64,000 nt of DNA from Alphaproteobacteria bacterium (lineage in GTDB: Bacteria; Pseudomonadota; Alphaproteobacteria; RF32; CAG-239): NCBI GenBank assembly GCA_017445475.1, contig JAFSUB010000005.1:20124-84123 (forward strand). The letters run 5' to 3'. The translations under genes were made by a program, and so were the position numbers. The notes beneath the pieces are model-generated. The model was not told the DNA's origin and did no database searches. It saw only the letters and a list, made by a program, of their open reading frames with translations. Of the stretch, positions 52,700-60,061 are shown piece after piece; the first letter of the stretch is position 1; each line of letters begins with the position of its first letter.

Positions 52700-53260
52700 A
52701 TGACCATTTTATACATCAATGCCTGCGTGCGTGAAAATTCAAGAACCGAAATTTTGGCGCAACATCTTATCAAAAAACTTCAAAAACCCGTTCAACAAAT
52801 CAATCTGGGACAAATTGCTTTGCTGCCTTTTAATCTTGAACTTTTGCAAAAAAGGAACGCTTTAATCAAAGCGGGCGCGCTTGATGATCCGATGTTTTCT
52901 TATGCGCATCAATTTGCCAACGCCTCTGAAATTGTTATTGCCGCGCCGATGTGGGATTTGTCTTTTCCCGCGCTCTTAAAAACATTTATTGAGCACATCA
53001 ATGTCGGCGGCATCGTGTTCAAATATTCAGGTGAAGGAAAAATTGTGCCGCTTTGCAAGGCCAAAACGCTTTATTACGTTACGACGATGGGCGGACATCA
53101 TCAAACCGATTTCGGATTCGGCTACATCAAAGCTTTGTGCCACACACTTTACGGCATCAAAGATGTTCGGCTCATCAAAGCGGAAGGCCTCAACATTATC
53201 GGCAACGATGTTCCGGCCATCTTAGAAGAAGCCAAAGCACAAATTAACACCATGTTTTAA
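52700..53260 (+). CDS. flavodoxin-like fold NAD(P)H-dependent oxidoreductase
   Basis: MTILYINACVRENSRTEIL N-terminus is typical of FMN-dependent NAD(P)H reductases (Flavodoxin_2 family). Confidence 0.6.
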   Translation: MTILYINACVRENSRTEILAQHLIKKLQKPVQQINLGQIALLPFNLELLQKRNALIKAGALDDPMFSYAHQFANASEIVIAAPMWDLSFPALLKTFIEHINVGGIVFKYSGEGKIVPLCKAKTLYYVTTMGGHHQTDFGFGYIKALCHTLYGIKDVRLIKAEGLNIIGNDVPAILEEAKAQINTMF

Positions 53261-54789
53261 CGCCCAATATCTTTGTGCTTGCCGCTTATGCAGTTTTGCC
53301 TTTTGATTTGCTCCCTGTCAACATAAATCACTTTGCCGCAACATGGGTTAAAATCGTCATTATCGTAAATCAGCCAGATGACATTGAGATTTTTCAAATC
53401 TTGACGCGGCATATCACCATATCCGTCCGTCAAAACAATTTTGTTAACTTTTTTATCTTTTGAAAACGCGCGCACAGCCTTGTCAATATCCGTTCCACCG
53501 CCACCTCGAATACGAAATTCATCAATATCTTTATTGGTCTTAATCTCAACAAAATCAAACACGCGGTGGTCAAACATACCGACTTTGAGCTCTGTTTCTT
53601 TTAATAAGGGTTTTAATTGGCGCAAAAAGTCCTTAAGCATATTGTTATCAACCGAACCGGAAACATCAAGCATCACCTCGGTTGTCGATTTATCCTCTGT
53701 TTCAACATCTTCAATGCGCGCACTGTAATCATTTGCACGCGATGCCCTGCGGTATGACCAGCGCTCTTCCTCTTCTTCAACCGATTTTTTCAAGGCTCGT
53801 TTCCAGTTGACAACTGCCTTAGCCTCGCCGACATCGCCAAACGAATCTCCTTCGTTATCAACCCGTTCTTTTGAAAGTTGTTCTTTGGCACGCTCCAAAG
53901 ATTCGATAATTTTTTTGGCAAGTTCTTCTTTTTCTTTTTTATTTTCTTCTAAAAAGCTCTTTTCTTCAGCATTATAATCAACATCTTCCTCTGGCGTTTC
54001 TTCCTCTTTACCATGAATGCGCCTCATAATTTTATCTAAAAGCGAAGGATTTTCACGGCGCTCTTTTTCTTTTTCAGCCTCTTCAACGGCCTCTTTCCAA
54101 ATCTCATGCGACGAATAGCCTGTTTGAGATTGTGCTCCTTGTTGTTGTCCTTCTTGGCTTTGATCTTGCTCTTGCTGCCCCTCTTGGCCGCCTTGCTGAC
54201 CGTTTTGGCCTTGCTCTTGATTCTGTTCCTGCTGCCCCTCTTGGCCACCTTGCTGACCATCCTGTTGTTGGTTTTGGCCGTCTTGGTTTTGCTGTTGTCC
54301 ATCACCTTGCTGACCGTTTTGGCCTTGCTCTTGATTCTGCTCTTGCTGCCCCTCTTGCTCTTTTTGCTTTTCCTCGCGTTCTTTTAAGAGTTTCTCATAC
54401 ATTTCTTCGGCAGATTTGCCCAAAGCTTCCGGCATATCAACACCGCCTTCAATCATCGGCAGATTTTCCGATTTCAAGATTTGATTAATCACCGAATCTG
54501 TTGCAATGTTCCAAAGCCCTGGCTCTTTATCTTTTGAGCGCATAATATGGTCAAATGCCACATGACAAATCTCGTGCGCAAATAAAAACGTCTGCCTACC
54601 GTCGTCTAAGGTGTGCAAAAATGAAGGCGAATAAATCACTTTTTTGCCGTTTGTGGCAGCCGTACCGATATTGTCATTGGCTTCAAAATCAAGACCGCGC
54701 ACAACAGAGCCCAAACGCGGAAATTTTCGCAAAACCGCATTTTTAATCTCCTGCACTTCTTTTTTTTGTTCCAATGTCAAGGCTGCCAT
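53257..54789 (-). CDS. VWA domain protein with N-terminal putative metallopeptidase (DUF2201-like) region and central Q/E/G-rich repeat
   Basis: HEICHVAFDH (HExxH). DVSGSVDNN MIDAS motif in the C-terminal VWA domain. About 100-aa QEQNQEQGQNGQQGG low-complexity tandem repeat. Confidence 0.7.
   Translation of the reverse strand: MAALTLEQKKEVQEIKNAVLRKFPRLGSVVRGLDFEANDNIGTAATNGKKVIYSPSFLHTLDDGRQTFLFAHEICHVAFDHIMRSKDKEPGLWNIATDSVINQILKSENLPMIEGGVDMPEALGKSAEEMYEKLLKEREEKQKEQEGQQEQNQEQGQNGQQGDGQQQNQDGQNQQQDGQQGGQEGQQEQNQEQGQNGQQGGQEGQQEQDQSQEGQQQGAQSQTGYSSHEIWKEAVEEAEKEKERRENPSLLDKIMRRIHGKEEETPEEDVDYNAEEKSFLEENKKEKEELAKKIIESLERAKEQLSKERVDNEGDSFGDVGEAKAVVNWKRALKKSVEEEEERWSYRRASRANDYSARIEDVETEDKSTTEVMLDVSGSVDNNMLKDFLRQLKPLLKETELKVGMFDHRVFDFVEIKTNKDIDEFRIRGGGGTDIDKAVRAFSKDKKVNKIVLTDGYGDMPRQDLKNLNVIWLIYDNDDFNPCCGKVIYVDREQIKRQNCISGKHKDIGR
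54126..54360. repeat. imperfect tandem DNA repeats encoding the Q/E/G-rich linker of the VWA protein
   Basis: Units such as CCTTGCTGACCGTTTTGGCCTTGCTCTTGATTCTG(T/C)TC(C/T)TGCTGCCCCTCTTG recur at 54196-54247 and 54312-54358, with shorter GNCCNTGCT periodicity throughout. Confidence 0.6.
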
Positions 54790-54798
54790 TTTTGCCTC

Positions 54799-55167
54799 CT
54801 ACAACTTCACACTTAAGCACCACTCTTTGAGCTTCGGATTCAGTTTTTTTACACTTAAAACCGGCACGACAATCTGCACCGTATCCGGCAAATAAGCACC
54901 GCCAAGCCCTCTGTTTTTGAGCAAATTTTCAAATTTGAGTTGTTCGGCCAAATCCAAAGCATCTATTCCATCTAAAACAAGATATTTTTTGCCTTTCAAA
55001 AATTTCAGCCACACATCTTTGGTATAAAGCATACGTTCCTCAACACTGCCTGACATCACATACGCGTCTTCAAAATCCCCGGCTTCGGCACCTTCAATAA
55101 TTAAAGGCCACTTGGCATTGTTTTTTAAAACCTCATCCAGTTTTTCTTTTTGCTTTGAACTAATCAT
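54799..55167 (-). CDS. hypothetical protein (122 aa) between the AAA+ ATPase and VWA genes
   Basis: ORF. Overlaps the ATPase gene stop by 8 nt. Likely co-transcribed. Confidence 0.4.
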   Translation of the reverse strand: MISSKQKEKLDEVLKNNAKWPLIIEGAEAGDFEDAYVMSGSVEERMLYTKDVWLKFLKGKKYLVLDGIDALDLAEQLKFENLLKNRGLGGAYLPDTVQIVVPVLSVKKLNPKLKEWCLSVKL

Positions 55168-56692
55168 TATAACCTCCCTCTCTGGCTTTTAATTGGCTGA
55201 TTTGTATCGCGCGCTCGGCATTACCTTGAACCCATTTAGAATCGAACACTGCAAGATTTTCTTTTCCGAGCTCCGAACCGATAAAATCTCGCACTTTTGA
55301 AACATCTTTTTCACTGACTTGGAGTAAACTTAATGACAGGGCTAATCTTGCATCTGCTTCATACGGAATATCATCTCTGTCGTATGTCCCTTCCAACAAA
55401 TCTTCCAAGCCCATCGGCGGATTGAGAGCAAAATCACTCAAATCCATAGCTAGTTCAGCACCTATTTTATTTGCTATCAGCTCTTGCCTTAAAACGCCGT
55501 CGTTGGCATAAATAACATCGGAGATCATTTCCCACCCGCGCGGCGTTAAAGGCAACTTTTCGGGGTTATTTTCATCAAACGGTTGATGAAAAACTTCCAT
55601 GCCTCTTGAGGCTACATAGGCTGAAATCAACGGATGAACATTCAAACGCTCCGGATTATCCTTGCTTTTTTCGGCGCCCCATTCAAGCCATTCGGCAATA
55701 TTCGGCTCTAAATGTATATGCCCGACCATACGATCAATTAAGGGCGCCGGCATATCATAAGCGGCTGTTGAATCGCTGACCTCATTGCCAGCCAACGCAA
55801 TCACCACATTGTCCGGCAACTTTCCTTTATTCTCGGCAATGGAATGCTCCAGCACAATATGATAAATCAGGCTCTGCACGGTCGGTTTGGCATTTGTAAC
55901 TTCATCGATAAACAACACATGGTTTTTATCGGGCTCTTCTTCACATTTTTTCTTTAAGGAAAGGTACCAATCCGGCGCTTCCCAAACGGCGCCGCCGTCG
56001 TCTTTATAACGCGTCTTACCAACCACATCTTCAGGGAGCATTCCGTTGCATAACGTAATCGGTGTCAAATCAGGATCGATTTGTTTAATACGTGCCGATT
56101 TACCGACACCCGCCGGCCCGTGCAACATAAAGCTTTGCTTGGCTTTAACATAAAACGCTATCTGATCTTTAACGCTCATCTCTTTTTCTTCAACCTTAAC
56201 GCCAAACTTTGCGCGTCGGCGTGCCATTTTTTCTTCCCGTGTCATTTTTGGCGCATCATTTTTTGAAACAACCTCCTCGGGTGCCCTTTGTTCCTGTCTT
56301 TGATATTCGCGGCTCGGCATCATCTGCGCTTCAAGCTCTTGCAGCCGCTGATACATATCCGTTTTTTCGAAATCTCCGTCATAGATTGACTTTCTGTCAA
56401 ATTGCACGCCTGCCAAAATCGCCTGCTTGGAAACCCATGTTCCGCTCCTGTCTTTAAGCCATTCGACAGGCTCAACCTTAACCCAATAGGCTTTGCCTTC
56501 CTCAGGTCTTTCGCCGTTTGATAAAATCGAACCTTCATTGGCCACTTTGGCCTCTATTCTGATATATTTTTCGCCGCCGTATGTGTATTCGGCGCTTGAC
56601 CTTTTTTGATATGGTGTGTCATAATCATTTAATTTTGCCGAATCGAAAGTGTAATTCTTTCCCGTTTTTTTAAGCTGTCCCTGCCGATACAA
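55160..56692 (-). CDS. MoxR-like AAA+ ATPase (AAA_5 family); annotated TTG start. The reading frame stays open upstream into the DGR variable repeat.
   Basis: Walker A GPAGVGKS, Walker B VLFIDEV, sensor ALAGNE, about 190-aa N-terminal region of unknown fold. There is no stop codon in this frame between 56692 and the VR. Confidence 0.75.
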   Translation of the reverse strand: MYRQGQLKKTGKNYTFDSAKLNDYDTPYQKRSSAEYTYGGEKYIRIEAKVANEGSILSNGERPEEGKAYWVKVEPVEWLKDRSGTWVSKQAILAGVQFDRKSIYDGDFEKTDMYQRLQELEAQMMPSREYQRQEQRAPEEVVSKNDAPKMTREEKMARRRAKFGVKVEEKEMSVKDQIAFYVKAKQSFMLHGPAGVGKSARIKQIDPDLTPITLCNGMLPEDVVGKTRYKDDGGAVWEAPDWYLSLKKKCEEEPDKNHVLFIDEVTNAKPTVQSLIYHIVLEHSIAENKGKLPDNVVIALAGNEVSDSTAAYDMPAPLIDRMVGHIHLEPNIAEWLEWGAEKSKDNPERLNVHPLISAYVASRGMEVFHQPFDENNPEKLPLTPRGWEMISDVIYANDGVLRQELIANKIGAELAMDLSDFALNPPMGLEDLLEGTYDRDDIPYEADARLALSLSLLQVSEKDVSKVRDFIGSELGKENLAVFDSKWVQGNAERAIQISQLKAREGGYND

Positions 56693-56820
56693 AGACTCAA
56701 GCGCCTTGCCGTTTGAGGCGATTGTTTGCGGAAACTCGCCCCATAAAACGGTTGGAACACCGTTTACGGGCCGCCCTGCCCTCGCTTCGCTCGGGCTGAT
56801 TTGTGATGTGAAAGATGATG

Positions 56821-57096
56821 TTAAAGCAGGGCGAACCGCCGGCAGCCGGGTGCTGGGACCATGGCGTCCTTGCAGCCGTCGCAGCTAACGGTTCGAACAT
56901 CCCCGTCGCCAGACGCCGAAGCCGACCAAAGATAGCCTGCAGGCTTGCCGTCAGAGGCTTGATAATCTTGATCTTGCCAACCACCCAAAAGAACGGCTAA
57001 ATCTGAAAGCGAAGCTGCGCGCATAGCATCATCTCGCATAATCTCTAAAGCCTTACTGCCCCAAAGTTCTTCTGCTTTTAACAGTGTCATTGCCAT
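56821..57096 (-). CDS. DGR variable (target) protein as currently framed: 91 aa with the VR forming its last 36 codons. Likely the frameshifted 5' part of a larger target gene.
   Basis: GAAGGAGAC RBS 6 nt before ATG 57096. The 3' 109 nt are the VR. The stop TAA abuts the end of TR/VR homology. Confidence 0.7.
   Translation of the reverse strand: MAMTLLKAEELWGSKALEIMRDDAMRAASLSDLAVLLGGWQDQDYQASDGKPAGYLWSASASGDGDVRTVSCDGCKDAMVPAPGCRRFALL
56823..56931 (-). repeat. DGR variable repeat (VR)
   Basis: 109 nt homologous to 58401-58510. All roughly 23 substitutions occur where the TR coding strand has A. One base is missing relative to the TR, also at a TR-A position. The GC-rich 3' end GCCGGCGGTTCGCCCTG is conserved in both (IMH-like). 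Confidence 0.85.
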
Positions 57097-57168
57097 GTCA
57101 AGTCTCCTTCTTTGTTTCCTTATATCCCCAGTTTATCCGCCCTTCTCACTTTTGTCAAGAACTTTTTT

Positions 57169-58365
57169 TCATTTTTTTATTTTTTTCATCTTCCGAAAAG
57201 CCTTTTTCACATACCGCATTTCTTTTGTCCCTTTCAAATGCGCTTCAAAAGCATTTTGCCGAACCCGAAGATATTCATCACCGATAAAACCCTGTTTATA
57301 ATTTTTTTCAATCGCTTTAATGTAATGCCGCTCACGCCTTTTGGCCGAACCCCTGAGATTTTTGATAATTTTACCGCTTGCGCTCATTTTGTGGTTAAAA
57401 CCCAAAAAATCCAATCCGTTTTTTATTTTGCCAATCTGCGTTTTTTGGTTAAGTTCCAGCTTTAAATTTTCAGTGCAAACTTTTCTTATCATCTGAAGAC
57501 AATATTGCAAATAAGCTTTATTCTCGCCGAGCAAAATAAAGTCATCCATATAACGCACGTAATATTTCACTTTGAAACGCTCTTTAACCAACCTGTCAAT
57601 TTCATCTAAATATAAAAGCGCAAACCATTGGCTCGTCTGGTTTCCGAGCGGCAAACCGATATTGCCGTGCGATTTAATCAGCATTTTCATAAAAAGCATA
57701 TCATCTTCATCAAAGCCGCATTTTTTGAGTTTTTGAAGCAATATATCGTGATTGATGTTTTGAAAATATTTTTTGATGTCGCACTTTAAAAAATAAAATT
57801 CATTGCTCCCTATCTTGATGAAAAGCCGCCGCATAAATGTATGCAGCCTTTTTATGGCAAAATCTGTTCCCTTGCCTTTTCTGGAAGCCGCATTGTCATA
57901 AATTAAACGATTCTCTAACTTTGGTTCCAAAACATTTTTGCAAAAACTCATCAACACGACTCGGTCTTTATAAGGCAATGCTTCAATCAGGCGAACTTTA
58001 GGGTCATGAATGTAAAACGAGCGGTATTTGCTCACGCAATATTTGGCAGATTCTAAGGATTGATTGAGTTTAACCAAATTTTGCCCAAGCTCAATTTCAA
58101 ACGAAATTGTTGCGCGTTTATGCTGTTTGCTTTTTCGGCAAAGTTTGTGCGCCTTGTGCAGGCTTTGAAATGTCAAAAAGTCCTCTGTCATCGAAAATAA
58201 AAAAAGAAACATCCGATAATACATCAAAACAAAAGCTTGTGTCAATGTATGTGATGTTTCAAAAACACCGAAGCATTTTTTGTTCTTCCTCGCCTTAAAA
58301 AAAACGAGGAAAAGAAAAAGTTTCCTTTGCTTTCGGCTCGGGCGAATTTTACTTAAAACCCGCAA
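57169..58365 (-). CDS. DGR reverse transcriptase (probable true start near MTEDFL, about 58191)
   Basis: RT motifs including LGNQTSQ (the DGR-specific I/LGxxxSQ) and YMDD. N-terminal alignment to Bordetella phage Brt begins at MTEDFLTFQSLHKAHK. The upstream 58 codons are low-complexity. Confidence 0.9.
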   Translation of the reverse strand: MRVLSKIRPSRKQRKLFLFLVFFKARKNKKCFGVFETSHTLTQAFVLMYYRMFLFLFSMTEDFLTFQSLHKAHKLCRKSKQHKRATISFEIELGQNLVKLNQSLESAKYCVSKYRSFYIHDPKVRLIEALPYKDRVVLMSFCKNVLEPKLENRLIYDNAASRKGKGTDFAIKRLHTFMRRLFIKIGSNEFYFLKCDIKKYFQNINHDILLQKLKKCGFDEDDMLFMKMLIKSHGNIGLPLGNQTSQWFALLYLDEIDRLVKERFKVKYYVRYMDDFILLGENKAYLQYCLQMIRKVCTENLKLELNQKTQIGKIKNGLDFLGFNHKMSASGKIIKNLRGSAKRRERHYIKAIEKNYKQGFIGDEYLRVRQNAFEAHLKGTKEMRYVKKAFRKMKKIKK

Positions 58366-58400
58366 TATCTGGCCTTTGACGCATGGTTGCGCTTAAAAGC

Positions 58401-58510
58401 AAATCAGGGCGAACCGCCGGCTTTCGGTTGTTGGGATTATTGTCGTTCTTGTTGCCGTTTTAGTTAACGGTTTGAACATTTCCGTTGTCATTCGCCGAAG
58501 CCGACCAAAG
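58401..58510 (-). repeat. DGR template repeat (TR)
   Basis: 110 nt. On the minus strand it reads in one frame with 11 AAY codons (AAT/AAC) and is adenine-rich at every position where the VR differs. Located between avd and the RT. Confidence 0.85.
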
Positions 58511-58532
58511 TTCTCTCTTATCAAACTTTTTC

Positions 58533-58976
58533 TCAAACCCGTTGTTTGTTTTCTTTTTGAGCCCACCTTTCATCATCGCTTTTTTTCCACGCCGCAGTCA
58601 GGCCGATGACCTCTGAAACCTGAAGCGCAATTTGTTTATATTGCCTTTCCGTAATACATCCGGCGCCCTGCGCCGTCATTGAAACATAAGAAAGCAACTT
58701 TAACTTAATGAGGGCATTGTGTTGATGATTTTCACGCAAAACTTTATTTTCCGGTGTATCCAGTTTGATAAAATTTGCCCTAAGCAAACTTTCAACCACA
58801 TCCAAACAAAAATTTTGCATGCGATTAACAAAGACACCCCTGAATTTTGCCGGCGATTTCAAAGTTATTGTCATCACGTATTCGCCAAGTTTTTTAGCCT
58901 GCGTGATAACAAACAAATCACTGCCGCCGGCGAAAGATTGCATCTCAAAAACACCGGACTTTTCTGACATACTCAT
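58533..58976 (-). CDS. avd: DGR accessory variability determinant (Avd), four-helix-bundle protein
   Basis: 147 aa. C-terminal ITERQYKQIALQVSEVIGLTAAWKK aligns with the bAvd/TIGR02436 family. Positioned immediately 5' of the TR. Confidence 0.7.
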   Translation of the reverse strand: MSMSEKSGVFEMQSFAGGSDLFVITQAKKLGEYVMTITLKSPAKFRGVFVNRMQNFCLDVVESLLRANFIKLDTPENKVLRENHQHNALIKLKLLSYVSMTAQGAGCITERQYKQIALQVSEVIGLTAAWKKSDDERWAQKENKQRV

Positions 58977-60061
58977 TTGCTTTTGACTCTCAGAGCCGTT
59001 TCCATCACTTTTTGCGCAAGATTGCGGTTATTTGTCATCTTCAAATCGGCTTTTTGCATTGCGGTTTCGTAAATTTTTCGATTGTCAAAAACCTTGTCAA
59101 TCACCCTTAAAAACTGCGCCGAATCGGTTAAATCCTCGTCTTTGATGATTTCGCAAAAACCCTTGGCGGCAAAAGATTTTGCATTCAAACCCTGCTCACC
59201 TCGGCTTGAACTTGACGGCAGAGGCACCAAAACCATCGGTTTTTTGAGACTCAACAACTCAAAAATGGCGTTTGATCCCGCACGCGACACCACAACATCG
59301 GCCGCTTCCATTAAATCTTTAAATTCCGTATCGACATAGTCAAACTGCTTATATCCTTTTGCCTTAACGCTTTCGTCGGTTTGACCGCGCCCGCAGATGT
59401 GTATCAGCTGATATTTTTTTGTAAGTGCCTCTAAATTTGAACGCACTGCCTCGTTTAAGGTTTTTGCGCCAAGCGAACCGCCGACAAACATCAATACCGG
59501 CTTGTTTTCATCAAAGCCGCACAAACCGCAGCCCCTCTTTTTGTCGCCGCCCTCGAATCTGTCCGACAGAACGGGGCCGATATAATCTACTTTTTTCTTG
59601 TTTTTCACATATTTAATCGTGTCGTCAAAGGTTGTGAAAAACCGGCTCACAAACGGCAACGACATCTTATTTGCAAGGCCGGGGGTAACGTCCGATTCGT
59701 GCATAACCGACTTAACGCCGCAAACAAAGCCCGCCAACACCACCGGAAACGACACAAACCCGCCTTTTGAAAAAATGATGTCCGGCTTTTCTTTGAGCAC
59801 AATACAAACCGCCTGCACAACACCAACCGGAATTTTGAGCATATCCAAAAAATTCTGCCACGAAAAATAGCGCCTGAGCTTGCCGGTTTGAATGGCGTGA
59901 TATTGAACCTTGTCGAACTTTTTGATTAAATCGCGTTCAATGCCCGTTTTTGAACCGACATACGAAACCTTCCAGCCTTTTTGCAAAAAAAACGGAATAA
60001 GCGCCAAATTGAGCGTTACGTGCCCTGCACTGCCACCGCCCGTAAAGATAATTTTATTCAT
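58973..60061 (-). CDS. murG: MurG-family GT28 glycosyltransferase (UDP-GlcNAc transferase)
   Basis: FTGGGSAGHV, VGGSLGAKTLN, ADVVVSRAGSNAIFELL...VLVPLP align to MurG motifs. Not in a dcw cluster. Confidence 0.6.
   Translation of the reverse strand: MNKIIFTGGGSAGHVTLNLALIPFFLQKGWKVSYVGSKTGIERDLIKKFDKVQYHAIQTGKLRRYFSWQNFLDMLKIPVGVVQAVCIVLKEKPDIIFSKGGFVSFPVVLAGFVCGVKSVMHESDVTPGLANKMSLPFVSRFFTTFDDTIKYVKNKKKVDYIGPVLSDRFEGGDKKRGCGLCGFDENKPVLMFVGGSLGAKTLNEAVRSNLEALTKKYQLIHICGRGQTDESVKAKGYKQFDYVDTEFKDLMEAADVVVSRAGSNAIFELLSLKKPMVLVPLPSSSSRGEQGLNAKSFAAKGFCEIIKDEDLTDSAQFLRVIDKVFDNRKIYETAMQKADLKMTNNRNLAQKVMETALRVKSK

Larger units (their letters stand above)
56821..58976 (-). mobile_element. diversity-generating retroelement cassette: avd - TR - RT - target(VR)
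   Basis: Combination of the four component features above. Confidence 0.85.

Noticed and set aside
54106-54488. Plus-strand Leu-rich ORFs (93 and 118 aa) overlapping the VWA gene
   Set aside because: They are antisense read-throughs of the Q/E/G-coding tandem repeat (CAG/CAA/GAG complements give CTG/TTG/CTC). No start context, and fully contained in a well-supported minus-strand gene.
56697-56984. 95-aa minus-strand ORF overlapping the VR and the region upstream of the ATPase
   Set aside because: Wrong frame relative to both the TR AAY-codon frame and the RBS-preceded 91-aa ORF. Arg/Ala-rich composition typical of an out-of-frame GC-rich repeat.
57169-58365. RT as a group II intron or retron reverse transcriptase
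   Set aside because: No intron RNA domains, maturase or endonuclease extensions, or retron msr/msd. The protein has the DGR-specific (I/L)GxxxSQ motif and is flanked by a TR/VR pair and an Avd gene.
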